NCBI GenBank assembly: GCA_937892525.1
Contig: CALAEV010000016.1
Coordinates: 7,889 to 71,888 of the forward strand
Direction: 5' to 3'
DNA: 64,000 bases
From: an uncultured Clostridia bacterium
GTDB taxonomy: Bacteria > Bacillota > Clostridia > Oscillospirales > Acutalibacteraceae
Part shown: positions 47,689-55,261 of the stretch, piece after piece
Layout: every line of letters starts with the position of its first letter
Position numbering within the stretch: position 1 is the stretch's first letter
The notes under the pieces: generated by a model
The model's input: only the letters and a program-made list of their open reading frames with translations
What the model was told of the DNA's origin: nothing
Database searches by the model: none
Position numbers and translations under genes: made by a program

Positions 47689-47691
47689 CTG

Positions 47692-49008
47692 TTATTTATT
47701 ATTTATAATTCTTAAAAATCTATCGATATATTCTTGGTCCATAAAACAATCTTCATAGTTTTCTTCACTTGATTCCTTTTCTGCACCACAGTCCATTATC
47801 TTTTGGTCAAATTCTTCAAGTTCAAGATATGTGTCATCTGTATATCGTTGAATTTCTTCTGATGTTTGTCCACCTGTGAAAAGTAATGTTTTACCATCTA
47901 TTTTAACTTTGTAATAGAAAGTGCCTTTTTTCTGATAATCAAAAAGTGCAATTCCACCATCACCAAAACCTGTTTCAACTTTCTCAACGTCATAATAAGA
48001 ATAAGTTGTACCTTTTATATTAAATGGAGAATGAACAATTATACTATCTTCTGTAACAAATACTGTATTCATTAAGCAAAGGTACGATGAAACGCACCAT
48101 AAAAACACGAGTAAAAATGAACCATTTATACATCGCTTTATATTTGGCTTATAATTTTTAATCTCTTTGAAATTATCTATTACTTGTTTCGTCATTAAAA
48201 ACCCAAGTCCAGAAATGCAAATTATTGCAAAAATATAAATTGTAAATGGTATTTGGTGTGTTTCAAAAAACAGCCACTCATCAGGCGCTAAAAGTTCATA
48301 TACAATTTCAGTGCCATAGATAACGCTTGCAAATACAACACCAAAAGCAATTATTACAAAAACCCAGTAAGATGAGTGTTCTTTATTTTTGCGTTTAACT
48401 TTTGTTTTAAATTGCTTTCTGGTTTTGAAAAAGTTAATCCAAATAAGAGTAATTGCAACAGTACTTATTAATGCTAAAATAGCGTTAAGTATAAGAGATT
48501 TATTCATTCCCATTACAATATTCAAGAACAACCAACCAATTGGACCACAAAATGCAAGAGTTGACGCGATTGCAGTAGTTAATGAGGGTACAGATAATTC
48601 ATTTATAGCCTTTCTTAACTCTGACATTTCTTCACCCTCAAGGAATTCAATGGTGTCAGCATAATCTTCAAAATCCAACTTATCCTTTGATAAATCTTTC
48701 GAAAGTCCGTTAAGCAAATCTCTTTTTGAAGAAATATCTTCAGTTTCATCCTCATATTTTTCAAGTTTTTGTTGGATTTTATCTGCAATGGTTTTAGGAG
48801 TATCATTGAGAAGTTCTTTAATTTCCTCAATCGAAAAATCAAAATAACGATATACTTTAATACGCTTTAACTGACTAATATTTTCTTCACTATAGTTTCG
48901 ATAATCATTTTCTTGGTTACGTTCAACAGTTATAAGACCTTTAGATTCATATAAACGTATACTTTTAGCAGTAAGTCCTGTTAATTTTTCAGCATCTTTA
49001 ATTGTCAT
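47692..49008 (-). CDS. Membrane-tethered MerR-family regulator (HTH + coiled coil + about 5 TM + about 120-aa C-terminal domain)
   Basis: MTIKDAEKLTGLTAKSIRLYESKGLI...YRNYSEENISQLKRIKVYR is a MerR HTH. It is followed by hydrophobic segments (LTTAIASTLAFCGPIGWLFLNIV, LILNAILALISTVAITLIWINFF, YWVFVIIAFGVVFASVIY, FTIYIFAIICISGLGFLM, SFLLVFLWCVSSYLCLM). AAGGGG precedes ATG 49008. Confidence 0.7.
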   Translation of the reverse strand: MTIKDAEKLTGLTAKSIRLYESKGLITVERNQENDYRNYSEENISQLKRIKVYRYFDFSIEEIKELLNDTPKTIADKIQQKLEKYEDETEDISSKRDLLNGLSKDLSKDKLDFEDYADTIEFLEGEEMSELRKAINELSVPSLTTAIASTLAFCGPIGWLFLNIVMGMNKSLILNAILALISTVAITLIWINFFKTRKQFKTKVKRKNKEHSSYWVFVIIAFGVVFASVIYGTEIVYELLAPDEWLFFETHQIPFTIYIFAIICISGLGFLMTKQVIDNFKEIKNYKPNIKRCINGSFLLVFLWCVSSYLCLMNTVFVTEDSIIVHSPFNIKGTTYSYYDVEKVETGFGDGGIALFDYQKKGTFYYKVKIDGKTLLFTGGQTSEEIQRYTDDTYLELEEFDQKIMDCGAEKESSEENYEDCFMDQEYIDRFLRIINNK

Positions 49009-49033
49009 GAAATCGCCCCTTTTAGACAAACAA

Positions 49034-49062
49034 ATTATATCAAATGTTATTGATATAAGCAA
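49034..49062 (-). promoter_or_regulatory. Promoter of the MerR-like gene (TTGCTT-17-TATAAT)
   Basis: Minus strand: TTGCTT at 49062..49057 and TATAAT at 49039..49034. Confidence 0.45.
49036..49057. promoter_or_regulatory. Inverted repeat TATATCAA-n6-TTGATATA filling the promoter spacer (candidate MerR operator)
   Basis: Perfect 8-bp arms. It occupies the whole -35/-10 spacer, the position where MerR-family proteins bind. Confidence 0.4.
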
Positions 49063-49135
49063 TTGTCATTTATTTGCATCTCATATATACACCTTAACCC
49101 TGGGGTAAAGTCAAGAGTTTTTTATAAAAAAATAT

Positions 49136-49164
49136 TTGAAAGACAAGTACTAATATGTTAAAAT
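49136..49164 (+). promoter_or_regulatory. Promoter of the phosphatase gene (TTGAAA-17-TGtTAAAAT)
   Basis: TTGAAA at 49136..49141 and TAAAAT at 49159..49164 with a TG extended -10. Confidence 0.5.
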
Positions 49165-49179
49165 AGCATCGGTGATTTA

Positions 49180-49641
49180 ATGATTAAAATTATGTTTGTA
49201 TGTCATGGGAATATCTGTCGTTCAACTATGGCAGAATTTATTATGAAAGATATTGTTAAGAAAAACGGTTGTGCTGATAAGTTCTTGATTTGTTCAAGTG
49301 CAACAAGTACAGAAGAAATCGGTAATGATACTCATTGGGGTACAAAGAAAATCCTTGATGAAATGGGTGTTCCTTATACTAAAAGACAAGCAGTACAACT
49401 TACAAAATCCGACTATGAAAAATATGATTACATAATCGGAATGGATAGTGCAAATATGCGAAATATTAACAGAATTATCGGATATGATAAGGATAATAAA
49501 ATACATAAGTTGCTAAGTTTCGCACATATTGACCGTGATGTTGCTGACCCTTGGTACACAAGGGATTTTAGGACAACATATAATGATGTTTTACTTGGTT
49601 GCACAAGGTTGTTTGAATATATAAAAGAAAAAGAGGCTTGA
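49180..49641 (+). CDS. Low-molecular-weight protein-tyrosine phosphatase
   Basis: P-loop VCHGNICRS (CX5R-S) at the N-terminus and a DP (DVADPWY) general-acid loop. Confidence 0.8.
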   Translation: MIKIMFVCHGNICRSTMAEFIMKDIVKKNGCADKFLICSSATSTEEIGNDTHWGTKKILDEMGVPYTKRQAVQLTKSDYEKYDYIIGMDSANMRNINRIIGYDKDNKIHKLLSFAHIDRDVADPWYTRDFRTTYNDVLLGCTRLFEYIKEKEA

Positions 49642-49656
49642 TAGCCTCTTTTTCTT
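49626..49656 (+). terminator. Terminator of the phosphatase gene
   Basis: AGAGGCT-tgat-AGCCTCT followed by TTTTT. The stop codon lies in the loop. Confidence 0.7.
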
Positions 49657-49686
49657 ATTACAGCGAAGTAAAAACTTTTCCCCACA

Positions 49687-50784
49687 CTATTCTAAAATTC
49701 TAATTATTTCTTGAAATTCAGGTTTTGATTTGAAATCGTCAGATAATGGGTAATGCTCGGTCATTACAATTTTCATAAATTGAGATAAATTAGTTTCTCT
49801 ATATACAGGTCCAAAATTATAATGTCTCATTACTTTTTCTGAAATATCGGGATTTTCATCAAGTTCCTTTGCATATTCAGCAGCAATTTTTAGATATTTC
49901 AAAGCATTTCCATCGTCACCTATTTGATGATACAAATAACCTATATGACCGTAATTATAAAGTCTGTTAACGCAATTTTTACCATAATCCCTATCATCAA
50001 ATATTAAATTAATTAATCCTTGTATATGATTAAAAATCTCAAGTCTCTTTTTGGGTTCATAATTAAAGCTATATCCAAATAATGTATCTTGCATTATAAA
50101 CAACAATTCTTCAAGAGCATTTCTATGCGTTGTATTATAGTTTTCTGTATCAAATGCCAAACTCATCAGCATTAATTCTTTTGTATCGTTAATTGAAGGT
50201 AAAGTACTCACTATTTCTTCTGCTTGATTAAGATACTCTTTATATACACGATATTTACCTTTTTCGCTTGGAACACAATGGTATAATGTCAATAAATGAG
50301 AAATCATAATTACTTTTGAACGTATTCTTATATTGTCATCTGTACAATGATTCTGTATCTTTTCATAAATAGACGCAATCTCTTTTGAAATGTCTTCATA
50401 TTCACCTTGTACAAAACCTTTAACTTCATACAAAAGTTCCATATATCGAATTAAAACGCGATAATCATTAGGGAATTCTTTAACTGCTTTTTGAAACTTT
50501 TTATAAGTGAAAGATAAATCTTTCAACTTCATATCATCATAAAGTTTAAGATATTCATTTATTTTCTGTTTTTCAAGAGATTTATTTACACCTAACAAAT
50601 CGTCGATTGTTACATTGAAAAATGATGCAATTGTGGGAAGCATTGTTATATCAGGGTAGTTTTCTCCCCTTTCCCATTTGCTGATGGTCTGGAATGATAC
50701 GCCTAAAAAATCTGCAAGAGTCTCTTGGGTTAATTCTTTTTCTTTGCGAAGTCTTTTAACATTTTCTCCAAAATAAATTGTCAT
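49687..50784 (-). CDS. XRE-family HTH regulator with a C-terminal TPR-like domain (RRNPP-like architecture)
   Basis: KRLRKEKELTQETLADFLGVSFQTISKWERGENYP is an XRE HTH. The remaining about 290 aa is helical-repeat-like (GHIGYLYHQIGDDGNALKYLKIAAEYAKE). Confidence 0.75.
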   Translation of the reverse strand: MTIYFGENVKRLRKEKELTQETLADFLGVSFQTISKWERGENYPDITMLPTIASFFNVTIDDLLGVNKSLEKQKINEYLKLYDDMKLKDLSFTYKKFQKAVKEFPNDYRVLIRYMELLYEVKGFVQGEYEDISKEIASIYEKIQNHCTDDNIRIRSKVIMISHLLTLYHCVPSEKGKYRVYKEYLNQAEEIVSTLPSINDTKELMLMSLAFDTENYNTTHRNALEELLFIMQDTLFGYSFNYEPKKRLEIFNHIQGLINLIFDDRDYGKNCVNRLYNYGHIGYLYHQIGDDGNALKYLKIAAEYAKELDENPDISEKVMRHYNFGPVYRETNLSQFMKIVMTEHYPLSDDFKSKPEFQEIIRILE

Positions 50785-50845
50785 AAAATCACCTCAAAAT
50801 ATTTCTTGTAGCTACAACACAATAATAGCGCGAATTATTGGATTT

Positions 50846-50860
50846 TACAATAACATTGTA
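50846..50860. promoter_or_regulatory. Palindrome TACAAT-aac-ATTGTA overlapping the putative -10 of the XRE-TPR gene
   Basis: 6-3-6 perfect palindrome. On the minus strand TACAAT (50860..50855) lies 16 nt downstream of TTACAC (50882..50877). Confidence 0.4.
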
Positions 50861-50911
50861 CTTGAATGAAATTCGCGTGTAAAGGGAATTTTTCTATTGA
50901 TATATGTATAT

Positions 50912-50945
50912 AAAAAACGCTTAGCAGAATTGCTAAGCGTTTTTT
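50912..50945. terminator. Bidirectional terminator
   Basis: ACGCTTAGCA-gaat-TGCTAAGCGT forms a 10-bp stem with A6 upstream and T5 downstream. It ends the PH-protein/59-aa ORF operon on the minus strand. Confidence 0.75.
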
Positions 50946-50946
50946 A

Positions 50947-51126
50947 CTAACTAGAAAGAACAATTAAAAATCCTATACACAATGCTAAAACACCAAAAGT
51001 TATACACGCAAATATTTTAGCTGTTTTTGCTGTTTCTACATCATTTTCTCTTATCGCTTCAATTAAAAAAGCAGGAAAACTAAATCCACACACAGCTATT
51101 ACAAAGGCAAAAATTATTCCTAACAT
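50947..51126 (-). CDS. Small membrane protein, 59 aa, two TM helices (below the ORF-track cutoff)
   Basis: GAGGTGG lies 5 nt before ATG 51126 and 12 nt after the stop of the upstream gene. Translation: MLGIIFAFVIAVCGFSFPAFLIEAIRENDVETAKTAKIFACITFGVLALCIGFLIVLSS. A terminator follows directly. Confidence 0.5.
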   Translation of the reverse strand: MLGIIFAFVIAVCGFSFPAFLIEAIRENDVETAKTAKIFACITFGVLALCIGFLIVLSS

Positions 51127-51138
51127 TTTACCACCTCG

Positions 51139-51789
51139 TTATTCATCGGTTTCTTCAATTTTAACTTTGGCTTTATTCTTCTTTACCGGAGATACAACCA
51201 CATCAACCGGCTTATTTTGTTCTTCTTTTTCTTTTCTTATTTTATCTGCAATGCTCTTTTTTCTTAAGTGCTCGGCATTCTTTTGATTATGCTCTTCTTC
51301 AAGCTTTTTAGCCAAATCACGAGCCATTTTAAATTTACCACCCATTTTAATCATAAACAAGTCAACATCTTTAGGTGAGATTTCAATATAATTTTTTGTT
51401 TTGACTTCTTTCTTTGTGTCTTTATCCATTTCATAAGAATAATAGCCAATATAGAATTTTGGTGTTGAAAACGCAACTCGTTTAACTTTTTTAATGCCCT
51501 CTGGTAATGTGTCAGTAATCTCAAAAATATTTACATATTTGATTTTCTTTCTTATAAGTGGCCACTGATAAATAAATAAATGGTCTTCTTCAAGGGTATA
51601 ATATGTATTGAAAATCAACGGATAAAGATAAAAAACATTGACTATAAGCAACAACACACCTAATCGAGATGTAACATCCATATAAAGGAATATTGGAAGA
51701 AAGAACAACACAACTATAGAAATGTGATAAATAATCAACATTAAATAAATTGCAGGACTAACGCCACTTTTGAATTTAACTGATTTCAT
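51139..51789 (-). CDS. Membrane protein with a bacterial PH-like domain (bPH_4/DUF1200-like) and a Lys/Glu-rich tail
   Basis: Two N-terminal TM helices, then YYTLEEDHLFIYQWPLIRKKIKYVNIFEITDT, a PH-like beta pattern. The C-terminal region is KKLEEEHNQKNAEHLRKKSIADKIRKEKEEQNK. The family call is tentative. Confidence 0.55.
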   Translation of the reverse strand: MKSVKFKSGVSPAIYLMLIIYHISIVVLFFLPIFLYMDVTSRLGVLLLIVNVFYLYPLIFNTYYTLEEDHLFIYQWPLIRKKIKYVNIFEITDTLPEGIKKVKRVAFSTPKFYIGYYSYEMDKDTKKEVKTKNYIEISPKDVDLFMIKMGGKFKMARDLAKKLEEEHNQKNAEHLRKKSIADKIRKEKEEQNKPVDVVVSPVKKNKAKVKIEETDE

Positions 51790-51797
51790 AAATGTTT

Positions 51798-51807
51798 CCT
51801 CCGGAGG
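51798..51807. promoter_or_regulatory. Palindrome CCTCCGGAGG supplying a GGAGG Shine-Dalgarno to both divergent genes
   Basis: GGAGGT lies 5 nt before ATG 51813 (+). GGAGGA lies 7 nt before ATG 51789 (-). The two start codons are only 23 nt apart. Confidence 0.6.
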
Positions 51808-51812
51808 TTAAA

Positions 51813-52163
51813 ATGAGTTTAATAAAAAAAGTACTTGCCGGAATGTTAATAGGCACAGTAAACATAATTTTAGGCGCCGGTGGTGGAATGTTGACTGTTC
51901 CTTTATATAAAAAGATGGGAATGGAACAAAAGTCAGCACAAATCAACGCTGTTGGCACAATACTACCCATTACAATTATTAGTTCAATTATATATCTTAT
52001 AAACGGGAATGTCAACTTTTCGGACACTTATATTTATCTTATACCAGGACTTATTGGCAGTATTTTAGGCACTTTTGTAATCAAGAAAACCTCTAACAAA
52101 ATACTGACTGTTATATTCGCGTTGTTTATGATTTGGGCAGGAGTGAGAATGTTTATAAAATGA
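51813..52163 (+). CDS. Half-size TauE/SafE (TSUP) family membrane protein, 116 aa
   Basis: Four predicted TM helices and the GAGGGMLTVPL motif. ATGA overlap with the next gene. Confidence 0.7.
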   Translation: MSLIKKVLAGMLIGTVNIILGAGGGMLTVPLYKKMGMEQKSAQINAVGTILPITIISSIIYLINGNVNFSDTYIYLIPGLIGSILGTFVIKKTSNKILTVIFALFMIWAGVRMFIK

Positions 52164-52525
52164 GTACTGTTATTCCTATTATTGCAGGATTTCTTTCAGG
52201 ACTTATTGGGTCTATGGGCTTCGGTGGTGGCGGAGTACTGATTATTTATCTTGTTGTATTCGCCAACATACCACAATTGCAGGCACAAGGCATAAATTTA
52301 ATATTCTTTGTCCCCTGTGCTGTTCTTGCCACTATAATTTATACCGTAAAAAAGCAGATTGATTACAAAAAGATTTTACCTGTAATTATCGGTGGTGTTA
52401 TTGGTGCAATAATATCAAGTTTTTTACTAAAAAACATAAACACAGATTATCTTTCAAAAGCTTTTGCGATATTTTTGATTGTTATGGGTGTTTCTTCAAT
52501 TTTAAGATTGAAGAAAGAAAAATAA
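52160..52525 (+). CDS. Half-size TauE/SafE (TSUP) family membrane protein, 121 aa
   Basis: Four predicted TM helices and the GFGGGGVLIIYL motif, which is the second-half equivalent of a full-length TSUP. Confidence 0.7.
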   Translation: MSTVIPIIAGFLSGLIGSMGFGGGGVLIIYLVVFANIPQLQAQGINLIFFVPCAVLATIIYTVKKQIDYKKILPVIIGGVIGAIISSFLLKNINTDYLSKAFAIFLIVMGVSSILRLKKEK

Positions 52526-52567
52526 TATGGTAAAATCAACCTATATTGAATATGGGTGGTAAAACTT

Positions 52568-55090
52568 ATGAAAACACTTAAAAAGATATTATTGGGTATT
52601 GGTATTTCTGTTTTATCTTTGGTAATTATTGCAGGAATTGGATTTGCGATTATCAAAGTACCTACTCTTACCATTGATTTCTCACAACAATCTGAACTTA
52701 CAGGCAGAGCATCTGGATTTCTTTATGGTATTGCAGAAGATGATGTGCCCACAAGTGAAATTGTTGAAAGTATAGGCATTAATACACTTGCTACAAAGCC
52801 TGCAGGTGGACTTCAGCACCCTATCGGTGATGTAAATCAGGTTGCAGAAACCTTTACTGAAGCCGGTGGCGAATACTTATTCATTTACACACAAGATATG
52901 TATGACACTTGGTATTACCAGCTTGACAGCCTTGATGCGTATAATGAGCGTGTTCGTAAAACTGTTACTGAAATGGAAAATTCAGAATACAAAGACAAAC
53001 TTGTTTATTGTATTTACAATGAAATGGACAACGGTCAATGGTTTGGCGACCATTGGGTAGAAGAAAACCGTTACAAATTCTATGACGCGTGGGCATCTAC
53101 ATATAAAGTTGTTAAAGATATAAATCCTGATGCAAAAATTGCAGGACCTGGTCATTGTGGCTACAACTATGATTGGAATAAAGAGTTTTTGACATACTGC
53201 AAGAAAAACAACTGTATGCCTGATATGTTTGTTTGGCACGAGCTTGCAGGCGAACCAAACTATTCAATTTATTGGATGGAATATCGTTTTAACGAGTTCA
53301 ACGAAATGTGTGATAAATTAGGTGTTGACAGAATACCTATTTGCATTTCTGAATACGGACTTATGCAGACTAATGGTATTCCAGGCGAATCTGTAAAATG
53401 GATTTCTCGTCTTGAAGCAAGTGATGTTTATGGTTGTGTAGCATACTGGCGACTTGCAAACAATCTTGCAGAAGTTGTTGCTGATGATGTTACACCTAAC
53501 TCAAACTATTGGGTTTATAAATTCTATGCTGATATGAAAGGCAAAGAATTAGAAGTAACTGAATGGGATATGTTCCACAGTAATATTGGCAACTGGCTTA
53601 AAGGTAAGTACCCTCTTTTCAATAAGGGATTTATCGGTATGGCGAGTTTTGATGAAGCCGAAAACAAGTTTTATGTGATGGCTGGTGGCAGTGCAGAAGA
53701 TAGCAACATAAAAATCAAAAACATTGACGAAAAGCACTTCAAGAATGGCGACAAGGTAACAGTTAAGGTAACTTATGTTGATTTTAAGGGACTTGGTGGT
53801 GCAGTTTACTCCCCTGAAGAATGTATGACAGAGGTTGTTAAGGTTTCAGGTAACGCTATTAAGTTTACACTTCCTTGCGAGCGTGAAAGCCAGTCATATT
53901 TTATAGAAATTACTCCTTATGACAATGAAGAAGAAAGTGAAAACAAGAACAGAACACTTCGTTTTGAAGCTGAAGACGCAAAATTTGACGGTAAGGCTTT
54001 TGTACCTGAATGGATTTCTTATGCAAGTTCAAAGGGTTTAGTTGTTAAAGGACTTGATAAAGACAGCACAATTAAATTCACTGTTGATGTTGATAAAGCT
54101 GGTGCTTATTCACTTGATTTTATTTATGCTAATGGTGCGGTAGAAGTGGGCAGAATTTCTGCTGAAACGCAAATTTCAATAAATGGTGACGAAAGAAATG
54201 TAAAATTCCCATCAACAATTAAAGATGAGTATATGGAGTGTGTTACAATTCACGCTGACCTTAAAAAAGGCAAAAATACAATCTATATAAATGTGCTTAA
54301 TGATGCAGTGTTGACACTTGATTTTGTTGATGTAACTGCTCAAAAATTTACCGATGAAGTTTATTGTACTCCACTTCAATCAAAAAATGCCGATAAAGTA
54401 GAAAATTCATATTCAGTTATTGTTGAAGAAGATGGTTGGTATGATTTGATGCTTACAAATTATAATAATATTCAAATTTTCATCAATGGAATTGAAAGTA
54501 AAAACCCATTTATTTATGCAGAAGAATATACCAAACAAGAAGGAAATGGCAGACTTTTGTTATACCTTCACAGAGGATATAGCAAGGTTACCCTTTCTGA
54601 CAACACAGAACTTGTTAGTGTAACTGTTGACCCAAAAGCTTTTGAAAGCAATTCAAGTGTCATAGCCCCTGCTGATATGAAAATCTTTAATGGTGCTACA
54701 CTTGAAGATGATGAAAATACTTCAAGTGGTAAGAGAATTGGTTGGATTGCATCTGATAAAGGTAGTTATGCTACATTCAATGTAAATGTTAAAGAGGCTG
54801 GTTATTACAACTTTACTATTGAATATGCTAACAATGAAGAAGGTGGATTCCACGCTTACAACGTTGACCTTATTGAGCGTTATATTACTGTATCAGTAAA
54901 CGGCGAAAATCGTGGCAACTACTTCTTCCGTAGCACATACAGTTGGGAAACTTATAAGACAAAAACTATTGTGCTTTATCTCCAAGCTGGCGACAATGAA
55001 ATCAAGCTCGCAAACGATGGTTCGTACAGTTTTAACAACAGAGTTACCTATGCACCAAACATTGGCGATATTCAGGTAAATCCATTCTAG
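52568..55090 (+). CDS. Membrane-anchored clan GH-A-like glycoside hydrolase with two C-terminal CBM6/35-like modules
   Basis: N-terminal TM anchor (ILLGIGISVLSLVIIAGIGFAII). Candidate acid/base in CIYNEMDN and nucleophile in ICISEYG. Two modules start at RFEAEDAKFDG and ATLEDDENTSSGKRIGW, each with AGAY/AGYY...ANG/ANN patterns. GH family not assignable by eye. Confidence 0.65.
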   Translation: MKTLKKILLGIGISVLSLVIIAGIGFAIIKVPTLTIDFSQQSELTGRASGFLYGIAEDDVPTSEIVESIGINTLATKPAGGLQHPIGDVNQVAETFTEAGGEYLFIYTQDMYDTWYYQLDSLDAYNERVRKTVTEMENSEYKDKLVYCIYNEMDNGQWFGDHWVEENRYKFYDAWASTYKVVKDINPDAKIAGPGHCGYNYDWNKEFLTYCKKNNCMPDMFVWHELAGEPNYSIYWMEYRFNEFNEMCDKLGVDRIPICISEYGLMQTNGIPGESVKWISRLEASDVYGCVAYWRLANNLAEVVADDVTPNSNYWVYKFYADMKGKELEVTEWDMFHSNIGNWLKGKYPLFNKGFIGMASFDEAENKFYVMAGGSAEDSNIKIKNIDEKHFKNGDKVTVKVTYVDFKGLGGAVYSPEECMTEVVKVSGNAIKFTLPCERESQSYFIEITPYDNEEESENKNRTLRFEAEDAKFDGKAFVPEWISYASSKGLVVKGLDKDSTIKFTVDVDKAGAYSLDFIYANGAVEVGRISAETQISINGDERNVKFPSTIKDEYMECVTIHADLKKGKNTIYINVLNDAVLTLDFVDVTAQKFTDEVYCTPLQSKNADKVENSYSVIVEEDGWYDLMLTNYNNIQIFINGIESKNPFIYAEEYTKQEGNGRLLLYLHRGYSKVTLSDNTELVSVTVDPKAFESNSSVIAPADMKIFNGATLEDDENTSSGKRIGWIASDKGSYATFNVNVKEAGYYNFTIEYANNEEGGFHAYNVDLIERYITVSVNGENRGNYFFRSTYSWETYKTKTIVLYLQAGDNEIKLANDGSYSFNNRVTYAPNIGDIQVNPF

Positions 55091-55100
55091 AAAATAATAC

Positions 55101-55130
55101 AAAAAAGGTGCTATTTAAGCACCTTTTTTT
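55101..55130 (+). terminator. Terminator after the glycoside hydrolase gene
   Basis: AGGTGC-tattta-AGCACCT with A6 before and T7 after. Confidence 0.7.
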
Positions 55131-55169
55131 ATGTTTTCGACAAAAATATTTTTTATTATTTTAATACTA

Positions 55170-55198
55170 TTGATAATAATAAAAATATAAGGTATAAT
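55170..55198 (+). promoter_or_regulatory. Sigma-A promoter of the decarboxylase operon (TTGATA-17-TATAAT)
   Basis: TTGATA at 55170..55175 and TATAAT at 55193..55198. Confidence 0.55.
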
Positions 55199-55261
55199 TA
55201 CATTAAAATTACAATGGGTAATTTTGGAATAAAATTAAATGTGTTTTGGAGGCAAAAAACT

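Noticed and set aside
49093-49110. Imperfect palindrome CTTAACCCTGGGGTAAAG as the MerR operator
   Set aside because: It does not lie in a promoter spacer of either divergent gene, and one arm is mismatched. It is mentioned under the MerR finding, but the spacer-filling repeat at 49036..49057 is the better operator candidate.
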